DNA from: a virus
Lineage: Duplodnaviria > Caudoviricetes
Direction: 5' to 3' (one strand)
DNA length: 64,000 nucleotides
IMG/VR virus record: IMGVR_UViG_3300028887_000070
Coordinates: 167,847 to 231,846 of that record
The notes beneath the pieces were generated by a model, which was not told where the DNA came from, did no database searches, and saw nothing but the letters and a program-made list of their open reading frames with translations. The translations under genes and the position numbers were made by a program. Shown here piece after piece: positions 17,867 through 27,151 of this stretch (within the stretch, counting starts at the first letter, position 1; every line of letters starts with the position of its first letter).

Positions 17867-19156
17867 TTATCGAGAAACTTTGGTAAGAAGATTTACCATC
17901 TTCTTATACGTATTGTCAGAGGCTTCTCTCTCCATGTTGGAGAATGTAAGTCTCTCGTAGTTGTCATCGCCACTGTCGTAGAGGAACGAAGCAGTTTCTA
18001 CTGCTTCATTGAGCACGATGATAGTGATGAAGTTGTAAGCATCAAGAATCTTTCTAGCAGTCGATACGTTCATAATATCGATACCAGTTGATTCCTTCAT
18101 TGTCTTAGCAACGTTGTCCGAGATACAGAGAGCAGTGATAGCAGTAGCATCATTGTACTGCTTAAGATTGCGTCTGAACTTAGACTTTGCAGCTCTTCTC
18201 TCAAGAACCTTCCAGAGCTTGCTGGATGTAGCGTCCTTGCCGTAAGAAAGAGCATCGAGCTTAGCCTTATCAACTGCGAACATGAAGTCACGGAAGAAAG
18301 CTATCTCATTAGTTGTAGCTCTGATGAAGCTGTTGAGTACATTTCTGTCCTGTACCTTAGAAGTAATACGGTTGATGATATCGCCTGTAGATACAGGATA
18401 TACCTTAACCTTTACACCTATAGTACAAGTCTGAGTGTAGGTTTCACCGTTCTCAGACTTACCGATGAAGTTAACTACCATCATAGTCGGCATGAGCTCG
18501 TTAGCTTTCTTATACTCAGAGTTAAGCATACGCTTAGTCTCTATATCTGTATAGTCGAGAACTCTCTTAGCTCTAGCCTCTGCATCCTGGTTAGGACCCT
18601 CCATAACTACCATATCTTTCATTCCAGTTTTATAACCAGGAACGATCTTGTAGTCTGAGATTGCCGACTCATTGATATCGTCGGGAAGTGTATAGTTTGA
18701 TTCCTTGAGATCCTCAAGTACAGCGTTGATAAGATTCTTGTCTATCTTAAGTGTACTTGCATTCTCGTCGAACTTGAGCACGAGTCTGTCGAGAGCATCT
18801 GAATAGTCATCGAGTGTAGCATCAAGAGTTCCAAGATTGCTATGGAACTTTCTTACATAGTCATACACATCTTCATTCTCTCCAACACAGATAGCGGTGA
18901 AAAGAACGTGCAGCATAGCAGCGCACTTCTTCTCATGAGCCTTAGCAGCCATAGCTACTGATTCAGGGTCGAGGTCAGCTGAAGCCAGCATAGGGAATGT
19001 TAATATGAGATCTTTTGTAGCAGATGCAACCGACTTGAATGAACGACGGTTGATATTGCTCAGATAGAACTGAACTTCATCATAGTCCTTCATGCTTGTC
19101 ACGATGTCTACGATATCTCTCACTACAGATTCGTGAAAGTATTCTCTACCGTTCAA
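17867..19156 (-). CDS. virion structural protein (TTG start)
   Basis: Late-type promoter; AGGAGG RBS; FHE-S, INE-S and VME-G sites. Confidence 0.6.
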   Translation of the reverse strand: MNGREYFHESVVRDIVDIVTSMKDYDEVQFYLSNINRRSFKSVASATKDLILTFPMLASADLDPESVAMAAKAHEKKCAAMLHVLFTAICVGENEDVYDYVRKFHSNLGTLDATLDDYSDALDRLVLKFDENASTLKIDKNLINAVLEDLKESNYTLPDDINESAISDYKIVPGYKTGMKDMVVMEGPNQDAEARAKRVLDYTDIETKRMLNSEYKKANELMPTMMVVNFIGKSENGETYTQTCTIGVKVKVYPVSTGDIINRITSKVQDRNVLNSFIRATTNEIAFFRDFMFAVDKAKLDALSYGKDATSSKLWKVLERRAAKSKFRRNLKQYNDATAITALCISDNVAKTMKESTGIDIMNVSTARKILDAYNFITIIVLNEAVETASFLYDSGDDNYERLTFSNMEREASDNTYKKMVNLLTKVSR

Positions 19157-19182
19157 GTATATTACCTCCTTGCCTAGTATTT

Positions 19183-19195
19183 TTATAGTGATGTT
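19183..19195 (-). promoter_or_regulatory. late-type promoter AACA-N6-TAA
   Basis: AACAtcactaTAA. Confidence 0.65.
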
Positions 19196-19226
19196 TCATT
19201 GGTTTAGCGTATCAGACCAAAAAAGA

Positions 19227-19251
19227 AACAGATGGGGACGTCCCATCTGTT
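19227..19251 (-). terminator. intrinsic terminator
   Basis: AACAGATGGG-N5-CCCATCTGTT with a T-tract on the minus strand. Confidence 0.75.
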
Positions 19252-19268
19252 CCTTATCATCGAAAGAG

Positions 19269-19601
19269 TTAGAGCTCTACTACCACTTCACCACTAGACA
19301 TAGTTCTGATTGTATTATAGTTGGTCTCATTGGTTGGCTTTCTCTCGATGACTTGGAAGAGTTGCTTCTGCTCTATTGCATCTACTCGACTGCTGAGATT
19401 ACACAACTCTTCTCTTATGATTCTTATATCTGATTGTATAGCTAGTAGAGCTCTCTCTACTGTTGGATCTGAATTACCATTGCCTACTCCTCTTAAAGCC
19501 TCACTAAGGTGGCTAGCCATAGAAGCAAACATTGCATCGTTTTGTCTTTGCTGAACTTCTTCGTAGTAGTTAGCTAATAACTGTTCGTCTTTTCCATTCA
19601 T
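19269..19601 (-). CDS. hypothetical coiled-coil protein; stand-alone early-type gene
   Basis: GGAGG RBS; own early-type promoter at 19689-19698 and own terminator. Confidence 0.75.
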   Translation of the reverse strand: MNGKDEQLLANYYEEVQQRQNDAMFASMASHLSEALRGVGNGNSDPTVERALLAIQSDIRIIREELCNLSSRVDAIEQKQLFQVIERKPTNETNYNTIRTMSSGEVVVEL

Positions 19602-19688
19602 GATGAAAACCTCCGTTCGTTAGTTGATTGTAATTGACGTATGTTTGAACGTGGAGATTCATCATATGAATCGTACATAGACACTCCT

Positions 19689-19735
19689 ATACTATACAAC
19701 TGAGAACAAAATTGGAGGGTGGAACATCTCTATAA
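19689..19735. promoter_or_regulatory. back-to-back early-type (TGTATAGTAT, minus) and late-type (AACAtctctaTAA, plus, 19723-19735) promoters
   Basis: Both motifs present; spacer resembles 42498-42542. Confidence 0.6.
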
Positions 19736-19761
19736 TTGATCCCAAGAAAGGAGGATTACGC

Positions 19762-21006
19762 ATGGCAGATAGCATGTTCGATAATAGTAATGTGCCTGGT
19801 CCTAACTCCGATCCAGACTATACTAACTCCCAGAGAATGAACAACACTGGAAACAATTCAGACAAGGTAGCTGCTAGTACAATAGATACTATAGCAACTG
19901 CTGCAAATAGTCTTATGTCTCATAAGGATAGAATGTGGAGAGATACTCTTGAAGGAAGATCTATCCCATTTGATGCTAAGGCGTTCGATATTGATGAAGC
20001 CACTATGCAGTCTATCATCAACAGTGCCAATATTAAGTCTCCAGAACAGCTCAACAATCTGAGGTTCAATAGCTTTGCTAGATACGGAGTTCTGGATATA
20101 GCTCATAACCATTCTGGTTCTAGAGAGTATCTGTTCTTCACTAAGCCAGATCTTCATATCTTTAGTACTAATGGCTTTGAGATCAACAAGCAGCTTAAGG
20201 ATGTCACATTCTTCAAGAATGCTATAGAACAGTATCCTATGAGTCTATTAGCATTACAGCAGACTTTGAAGAGAGGTAATGGTCTCTATCCTCACCATTT
20301 CGATCCAGCATCTAAGTTCATACCTCTTCTTTCGAACCATGTAACTAGTTCTCTCGATCTCCCCGCAATAGCAGCTACAGAGACAGAGAACAACACTTCA
20401 CTCTTCCAAGTGAAGACAACTTATAGAGATAGCTCAGAACAGTCAGATTTTGGATTCGACTTCTCTCTTGAGTTCTGGGATACTCGATATCTTGATGTGT
20501 ACATGTTGTTCAAGGCATATGATGAGTACTGTAGACAAGAGTTCTACAGGAACATTACACCGCCTAAACTCTCATACATTACAGATAGGGTAAACTGTAA
20601 GCAGTTCTCTATCTATAAGCTCATAGTAGACGAAACAAACACTATCATCTTCTATGGTAAGGCTACTGGAGTGTATCCTATGGGTGTACCAAGAGAAGCT
20701 ATGAGTAACTTCGATGGTACTATCAAGATCACTGTTCCGATGAAAGCTCAGTTTGTTTCTGATATGGATCCTATCATACTCGATGAGTTGAATCGTATAA
20801 CACGAATGTCGTATTATGATGGCAATAGTGGTGGTACAGGAATCACTTCTGGAATCATGCCATTGTATAATCGCTATACTGGAACTGCAGATACAAGATG
20901 GGGAGGATTCCCATACATTGTTAAGGATAAGGGCGCTGCCAGAAAGGGAGCACCTGATGGAGAACAGTTCTATAGACTTACATGGATCTATAACTATAAC
21001 AGCTAA
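19762..21006 (+). CDS. putative tail tube-like/baseplate protein
   Basis: Late-type promoter; immediately upstream of the wedge gene; YLFFTKPDLHI, DFSLEF and GVYPMGVP pattern suggestive of a tube-like fold. Confidence 0.5.
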   Translation: MADSMFDNSNVPGPNSDPDYTNSQRMNNTGNNSDKVAASTIDTIATAANSLMSHKDRMWRDTLEGRSIPFDAKAFDIDEATMQSIINSANIKSPEQLNNLRFNSFARYGVLDIAHNHSGSREYLFFTKPDLHIFSTNGFEINKQLKDVTFFKNAIEQYPMSLLALQQTLKRGNGLYPHHFDPASKFIPLLSNHVTSSLDLPAIAATETENNTSLFQVKTTYRDSSEQSDFGFDFSLEFWDTRYLDVYMLFKAYDEYCRQEFYRNITPPKLSYITDRVNCKQFSIYKLIVDETNTIIFYGKATGVYPMGVPREAMSNFDGTIKITVPMKAQFVSDMDPIILDELNRITRMSYYDGNSGGTGITSGIMPLYNRYTGTADTRWGGFPYIVKDKGAARKGAPDGEQFYRLTWIYNYNS

Positions 21007-21026
21007 TATTAGAAAGGAGGACACTT

Positions 21027-24000
21027 ATGTCAGTTAAAATACCAGTACAGAACACTACTGACAAGATTCTTAACTCAGACATCTATGATCTTACAGCGTT
21101 CGTAGATGACATTAAGAAGACAGTCATTGATGGTGTCGATAATCCAACCGAAACTCTACAGGTTGGTATGTACGGATATCTTGGATACGAGTTTGCATCT
21201 CTGCTTCAGAACTCTATAGTCGTAGCATCTGAGCTGGCAAACGAAGCTATCCCTACAAGAGCTAAGTTTGATAGAAACGTTATCACACATGCTTTATCTC
21301 TTGGCATCAAGAAGGTACAAGCTACAGCGGCTTCTATGAAAGTACTGCTCATCTTCCCAGAAAAAGCTCTTCTCAACAATATGGTCAACGACAAGTTTGT
21401 TCTGAAAGCTTCTACTCCGATATACTTTGACGATATCGAGTTCCATACAGACTATGATATTGTCATCAACAAGACTAAGCTTGACTCATCTACTATGGGT
21501 AGCAGGACTATGGACTACGTCTATACTGCTGTCTATGATATGAGTATCATGAACACCGAGTCTCCTATAGATAATGCATATCTCCCTCCGATAGGAGTCT
21601 ATGCAGATGAGACAGACAATATGATAGTGGTAACAACCACTATCCATCAGGTTGAGTATCATACTATAGAGAACAAGATAGTCGGCAATGACAACCTTGC
21701 TAACAAGACTCTTAACTTCACATTCGAGAATCAGCTTAGCCACTTCACTGTCACTGTATTCGAGAACAACAATGATACTCCTATCAATCTTGTTCCATAC
21801 TATGACGGTCTCTACCATAACCCTTATACTACAAGAAACTATGATGAGTCTAGAGCTCTTCTGAATGATCTCATTGTGCAGAGTCACACAGGAGTTACTG
21901 GAACTACAGCAGTTCAAGAAGAGAAGTACTGTTACTATCAGTACATCAACTCTAATACTATCCGTATAAGATTCGATCCTGAGTCTTATCAGCCTAGAAC
22001 GAATGCTAATGTAGTTATCACTGTATGGACTTCTCAGGGCGCTGGAGGAAACTTCAACTATGAGGATGACATCACTGTTCGTCTCTCTTCAGATAACTAT
22101 ACTAATCTCTACATGACAGTTAAGCAGCGTGGAGATGAAGGTTCTTATGGTGGTATTGATCGTAAGAGTGTACCAGAACTTCAGAAGATCATTCCTAAGG
22201 AAGCTCTTAGTAGAGGTAGTGTAACAACAGTTACAGACCTGAAGAACTACTTCAACTCTATCAACAGTGAAGACTCAGTTCTCCATATCTTCAGAAAGGA
22301 AGACAATACACTCAGACGTATCTACTACACATATCAGTTGATGAAGGATGAGTTGAACAATGTCATCCCTACAAACACTATACCTATATATGAGCCACTT
22401 CCTCCGATGCATACTGACGAGACAGTTGGTGATATGTATGTAGAAGCTGGTGATCCTATATACTTCTACAAGAATCAGCATATGGCTATCCCTTACATGA
22501 GGAAGAACTTCATTGGCTATACTGGTTCCGAAGACGCAGTAGATGTAACCAATGTACAAGTAGTAGGACGACTCAGAGAAGAGAATACTCCTAGCGAATG
22601 GGAAAGAGACATCGATGGATATAGCAATGGTATCAGAGCAACAGCTATAAATGAATTCAGAATGAACAGTGCTGTCTTCGATAACAACTTCACTAAGTTC
22701 GTTAAAGATCAGCTTAGCATATACTATCCAGATGTGTATCCTTTTGAACCAGGTCAAGTCGTAAAGTTCTCTGTATCTAGTATATATGGAGCACCAGATC
22801 ACTTCCACAACATGGGTGGAACTTATGAAGGTAGCGTAGTATCATACGGATACTATGGCGACACTGCAGGTGAAGACAATACGAGTTACTTACCTTCTGA
22901 TTGGACAGATTCATCCCAGTATGCTTACCTTAAGCTCGTAGTATGCGCTAAGAATGACTTGGATGAGTTGGAAGACGTTACTTTCATCATTCCTTATTCA
23001 AGGACTTGGACGTATCCAATAGTCAGAACAGCAACGTTTGTCATTGAAGCTTACGAAACATACACATACAATGCTCGTTATAGTCCTATGTATACTCAGG
23101 ATCTCACCCAGGGTAGTCATATAAAGTTCTGTGTCTACAATGGAAACAATGTATATGACTCTCTTGCTGATGAATCATGCTGGTATGTCGGAGAAGTAGT
23201 AGGTGTATCAAGATCTTATACCAATGGCTCTGGTAGTATCTCTAGTGTTACTATGCTTTATCTGAAGCCTATGGATGACATAGAAGAGACTAACCTTAGC
23301 TTCATGCAACACACATTCAACTTCCCACCTCCTTCAGCAGGACAGTCTCATGGCAGAGCTCTCGATACAAATGATATTATAGCTATACAGCCTCTTACAG
23401 ACTTCGTGTACACATCACCTCTGAACATTCTTCTCAGAGATAGTGCTGTTGCTGGATCACATAGAGTAGATGCTTCATTCTATCTCGATATGATCAATGA
23501 GACTCGTTATCTTGACTACACACATATCAATACACGTTCGCCATTCCAGTACATTTCATCATACACTAAGGTTATAAGACCATCATGGATCTCTTATGAT
23601 CGTTATAGATACACTATCGATGTAGACGTTACTCCGAATATTGGCGGAGAAATCACTGATGAAATCAAGAAGCGTACTCAGATAGTTGCTGTGTACTACA
23701 GAGACAATGATATGAAGAATCCTATCTGTTGGTCAGTAGGTGAACTCGTAGCTTCAAGTGGATCTGTAGATACATACAGATTCTATCTCTATACAAAGCC
23801 ATTCAAGGAGAGAACTAGTGAGACTGATCACATAGTAATCGATCAGAATGATCGTCTTTATGTAGGAGAACAGAATCCTTACTTAGCTCCTCTCACTGCA
23901 AAGAAAGATGAGATACAGGCTGATTATGATGCTGAACCTGCAGGAACTCCTAGAAAGGAAGAGCTTGCTAGAGATCTTGCGCAAGCGACTCTGGAACTCC

Positions 24001-25025
24001 ACAGATGCACTAACTTCGGATATAGACCTCATACAGATGATCCTATAGATGATCTTGGTATTCGAATGGATCTCAATACTCATATGAGAATCTATACTCT
24101 CTATAAGTATTCTGGTTATACTCCTCACGATGGTAATCCTGGTAAACTGATGGATGAGCTTACTCAAAGCTACATGTACGGTACAGGACTCGACGAGAGT
24201 ATAGTTTCTATAGTAGGAACCCCTCTCAGTGACATAATACCTTCAGACTTCCAGTTCTATGAGAATCAGGGTGTAGATGATCCTGTAGAGACATATCTCA
24301 TGCAGGATATGGTTTTAACCAATGTGTACGACAGCAGTGATGGTATCAATCTCATGTATAACTACTCTAACCTTATGAACTCATACGTTCATATGGCAGA
24401 CCTTGGAGAAGATATATACGATACATCATCTAGCGATGACAAGAAGCATAACTATGGTTACATTATCAACAGAGTTCCATGTATCAGATACTTCTATCTC
24501 AATGAAGAGTACAAGATCAGAGACTTCATCCGTGAGATGAAGAGAAAGATACTCTATGTACTTGATGCTATAGAACCCTTAGAGACTACATTTGGTCTTG
24601 ACTACAAGTTCTTCAATACTTATGGTCCAAGCAATATGTACTACACCACTGAGGGTGGTATTAGATCAGAAGAGGCTATCGACAACGTTGCTCTCTCACT
24701 TACATTTAGAACTAAGTTCTATAACGAAGACAACGATGCTGCTACAATCATTCCTCAGATCAAAGATACTATCAAGACATACATTGAGAATATCGAAGAG
24801 CTTAACGATATCCACTTTCCGAACCTCACTACAGAGATTGAGTCTAAGTTCTCTCAGTACATTGTATTCTTCGAGTACGTTGGTTTCAACAAGTACAATG
24901 CTACAATGCAGCATATCATTACGGATGAGAACATGGAGATGCTTAATGTCGTTCCAGAGTTCCTCAATGTCAATACTGACGATAGCACTGGTACTTCATT
25001 CATCAGTATCGAGATAGTTTCGTAA
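21027..25025 (+). CDS. baseplate wedge subunit (T4 gp6-like)
   Basis: ANEAIPTRAKFDRNVITHALSLG, WTSQGAGGNF and GGIDRKSVPELQK...RGSVTTVTDLKNYF are gp6/J-like motifs. Confidence 0.75.
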   Translation: MSVKIPVQNTTDKILNSDIYDLTAFVDDIKKTVIDGVDNPTETLQVGMYGYLGYEFASLLQNSIVVASELANEAIPTRAKFDRNVITHALSLGIKKVQATAASMKVLLIFPEKALLNNMVNDKFVLKASTPIYFDDIEFHTDYDIVINKTKLDSSTMGSRTMDYVYTAVYDMSIMNTESPIDNAYLPPIGVYADETDNMIVVTTTIHQVEYHTIENKIVGNDNLANKTLNFTFENQLSHFTVTVFENNNDTPINLVPYYDGLYHNPYTTRNYDESRALLNDLIVQSHTGVTGTTAVQEEKYCYYQYINSNTIRIRFDPESYQPRTNANVVITVWTSQGAGGNFNYEDDITVRLSSDNYTNLYMTVKQRGDEGSYGGIDRKSVPELQKIIPKEALSRGSVTTVTDLKNYFNSINSEDSVLHIFRKEDNTLRRIYYTYQLMKDELNNVIPTNTIPIYEPLPPMHTDETVGDMYVEAGDPIYFYKNQHMAIPYMRKNFIGYTGSEDAVDVTNVQVVGRLREENTPSEWERDIDGYSNGIRATAINEFRMNSAVFDNNFTKFVKDQLSIYYPDVYPFEPGQVVKFSVSSIYGAPDHFHNMGGTYEGSVVSYGYYGDTAGEDNTSYLPSDWTDSSQYAYLKLVVCAKNDLDELEDVTFIIPYSRTWTYPIVRTATFVIEAYETYTYNARYSPMYTQDLTQGSHIKFCVYNGNNVYDSLADESCWYVGEVVGVSRSYTNGSGSISSVTMLYLKPMDDIEETNLSFMQHTFNFPPPSAGQSHGRALDTNDIIAIQPLTDFVYTSPLNILLRDSAVAGSHRVDASFYLDMINETRYLDYTHINTRSPFQYISSYTKVIRPSWISYDRYRYTIDVDVTPNIGGEITDEIKKRTQIVAVYYRDNDMKNPICWSVGELVASSGSVDTYRFYLYTKPFKERTSETDHIVIDQNDRLYVGEQNPYLAPLTAKKDEIQADYDAEPAGTPRKEELARDLAQATLELHRCTNFGYRPHTDDPIDDLGIRMDLNTHMRIYTLYKYSGYTPHDGNPGKLMDELTQSYMYGTGLDESIVSIVGTPLSDIIPSDFQFYENQGVDDPVETYLMQDMVLTNVYDSSDGINLMYNYSNLMNSYVHMADLGEDIYDTSSSDDKKHNYGYIINRVPCIRYFYLNEEYKIRDFIREMKRKILYVLDAIEPLETTFGLDYKFFNTYGPSNMYYTTEGGIRSEEAIDNVALSLTFRTKFYNEDNDAATIIPQIKDTIKTYIENIEELNDIHFPNLTTEIESKFSQYIVFFEYVGFNKYNATMQHIITDENMEMLNVVPEFLNVNTDDSTGTSFISIEIVS

Positions 25026-25027
25026 TG

Positions 25028-25040
25028 AACTTTATAATAA
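25028..25040 (+). promoter_or_regulatory. late-type promoter AACT-N6-TAA
   Basis: AACTttataaTAA before an AGGAGG RBS. Confidence 0.6.
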
Positions 25041-25067
25041 AACTATACCTAGAAGGAGGTAAACCTA

Positions 25068-25991
25068 ATGAACTATAAAGAAGTACAGGAAGCTTTAGCA
25101 TATAAGGAAAGAGCAGCTAAGGAGGCAGCTATACCTAGCAACAGAGCTAAGGCTAGAGCAATCCTTGAGCAGTCTGACAGAGAAGACTACTATGCTCACC
25201 GCTACGCAAACGACAATGCGGCAGCTGCATATGGTAGATTCAAGCAGGAAGTTACAGACACTCTTGTAGCAGAGACTGTATACTGTCTGGCAGCAAGTGC
25301 TACAGACTCAATGATACTCGAGAGCGGTTATAACAAGGATCTTCTCAGAGTACTCTCTACAAACTTCGTGAATGAGAACGGTTCTCAGAACCTTCTTAGA
25401 AAGTGGAAGGGCACTTCTTACATCATGAGCGAGTTTGCTTATATCATCCAGAACAACATCGACTCTATCTGCGAGAAGGCTGATCCTAAGAATCAGGCTA
25501 CTCTGAAGATTAAGGATGACCAGAAGAAAAAGTTCTTCAAGGACATCGACAAAGTTAATGCTGACTCTGCTATAACAGCAATCAGAACTAAAGTTAAGAG
25601 TGCTACAGCAGAGTTCATCGACTCTAACAACGCTGCTAAGGAACAAATCAAATCTATTCTTGACTCTACTAAGAAGAAGATAGAGAAGAATGAGAAGGAT
25701 GAGAACCTTAAGGAAGCTTATGCTGCTCAGGCTAAGAGAAGAATCACAGACATTAGAGCTGGTAAGACAAAGGGTGTCTTCGAAGCTATGGTATACTCTG
25801 TGTCTCAGTCTGCATTCAAGAATGAAGATGCCAAGAAGATCTTCATCGAGGATGCTAACCTGAATATGGATACAGTAGTTGAGCACTGCGAGACTATGTA
25901 TACATTCCTCGAGACTCTCAACACACTGAAACTTATCAAGATAGATGAAGCTTACATTGAGAAGCTCATCACTGATCTCAGAGAAGGTTAA
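25068..25991 (+). CDS. helical virion (head-associated) protein
   Basis: Late-type promoter; ILE-S and LKE-A sites; strongly biased codon usage. Confidence 0.6.
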   Translation: MNYKEVQEALAYKERAAKEAAIPSNRAKARAILEQSDREDYYAHRYANDNAAAAYGRFKQEVTDTLVAETVYCLAASATDSMILESGYNKDLLRVLSTNFVNENGSQNLLRKWKGTSYIMSEFAYIIQNNIDSICEKADPKNQATLKIKDDQKKKFFKDIDKVNADSAITAIRTKVKSATAEFIDSNNAAKEQIKSILDSTKKKIEKNEKDENLKEAYAAQAKRRITDIRAGKTKGVFEAMVYSVSQSAFKNEDAKKIFIEDANLNMDTVVEHCETMYTFLETLNTLKLIKIDEAYIEKLITDLREG

Positions 25992-25993
25992 TA

Positions 25994-26023
25994 AGGGTGG
26001 GTAGGGATTTCCCTACCCACCTT
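25994..26023. terminator. bidirectional terminator (GGGTAGG/CCTACCC family)
   Basis: GGTGGGTAGGGA-tt-TCCCTACCCACC between convergent genes. Confidence 0.75.
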
Positions 26024-26024
26024 C

Positions 26025-26384
26025 TTATACCTTTATGAAATATCTGTTTTCGATTCGTGCAGTGATTATGAAGAGATTGTTCTCTAATGACTTGAAGTCT
26101 TCGTACTCTTCATCGGTGATATCGTTGTTATTATGCATAGACTCAATAGCTTCTACTATACATTCCTTAACAACTTCCGATACTAGATCTATATCAAGCC
26201 TTGTGTCTAACTCGAAAGTGTAAGTGCTAGTAGCAGTATCTTGATGTATATCTACTTCAAAGTGTTTATTGAGTATCTCTGAGAAGTCCTTGCCGCACTT
26301 ATCGTCACAATACAGTTTGTCCCAAAGATGTACCCTTCCATAAGTCATCTTGTCTATATCCTCACTCAGTTTCTTATCATACAT
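26025..26384 (-). CDS. hypothetical acidic protein
   Basis: Overlaps the rusA stop region. Confidence 0.75.
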   Translation of the reverse strand: MYDKKLSEDIDKMTYGRVHLWDKLYCDDKCGKDFSEILNKHFEVDIHQDTATSTYTFELDTRLDIDLVSEVVKECIVEAIESMHNNNDITDEEYEDFKSLENNLFIITARIENRYFIKV

Positions 26385-27078
26385 AAGTCAAATTCATTCC
26401 TTCCGTAAAGTCTTTACGCCCAGTAATATTCTTGTACTGGTGCTTGTTGTATACTGCATTCATATAGAGGAGATCTATCTCTACTCTAGGGAGTATAGAG
26501 TAATACTTTTCAACCATTCCTCTTATTGTAAGCATGTCGTCAAGCCATACATTCGCATTATACATGTCTGCGTATAACTTAGCGATGTTATCGAAGTCTG
26601 GTTTAGAGATTGGGCGATCTAACCCTATCTCTGCAATGAACTTTTCTAGTCTGTTATAGTAGCTAGGAGTTGGAAAATAAGCTCTATACGTGACATCGCA
26701 TGGTGTGCAGATGACCTGTTTGAGCGCATCTAGCTCTCCTGAATCTACTACTCTTCTCATGTATGCATTGTTCTGTGCAGCTCCAGGTGAGTACACATGA
26801 ATAAAGTCAGAGCTCTTAGCGAACTCTGTGATGTTAGATCTGTTGATGAGTCTATATCTAGGACGCTTAGCGCCTTCTGGTACCATATACAATACAAACG
26901 ATATTTGATTGTAGTACAGATTTCCCATTCGTCTAGCTTTCTCAGAGAGAATCTGTTTGGCAAGTTCATCATCTATCTTATATTGATCGTACATCCACTC
27001 TAGTCTTTCTTTATAGTCGAGTGGGATGTCACCATATTTGGCTTGGTATTGCTTCTGCATTTGTTTGAAAGAAGCCAC
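26377..27078 (-). CDS. rusA: RusA-family Holliday junction resolvase
   Basis: PEGAKRPR, KPDFDNIAKLYAD, WLDD and KYYS..PRVEI motifs; probable GTG start at 27078 after AAGGCGGTG. Confidence 0.85.
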   Translation of the reverse strand: MASFKQMQKQYQAKYGDIPLDYKERLEWMYDQYKIDDELAKQILSEKARRMGNLYYNQISFVLYMVPEGAKRPRYRLINRSNITEFAKSSDFIHVYSPGAAQNNAYMRRVVDSGELDALKQVICTPCDVTYRAYFPTPSYYNRLEKFIAEIGLDRPISKPDFDNIAKLYADMYNANVWLDDMLTIRGMVEKYYSILPRVEIDLLYMNAVYNKHQYKNITGRKDFTEGMNLTYV

Positions 27079-27095
27079 ACGTTCACCGCCTTTAT

Positions 27096-27131
27096 AATAG
27101 AGTAAGGTGAGTTCCACCTTACTCTATTGTT
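27096..27131 (-). promoter_or_regulatory. 14-bp hairpin containing late-type promoter AACAatagagTAA (27119-27131)
   Basis: AATAGAGTAAGGTG-N5-CACCTTACTCTATT; the promoter motif overlaps one arm. Confidence 0.5.
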
Positions 27132-27151
27132 TTGGGTCTAGTTAGATCTGA

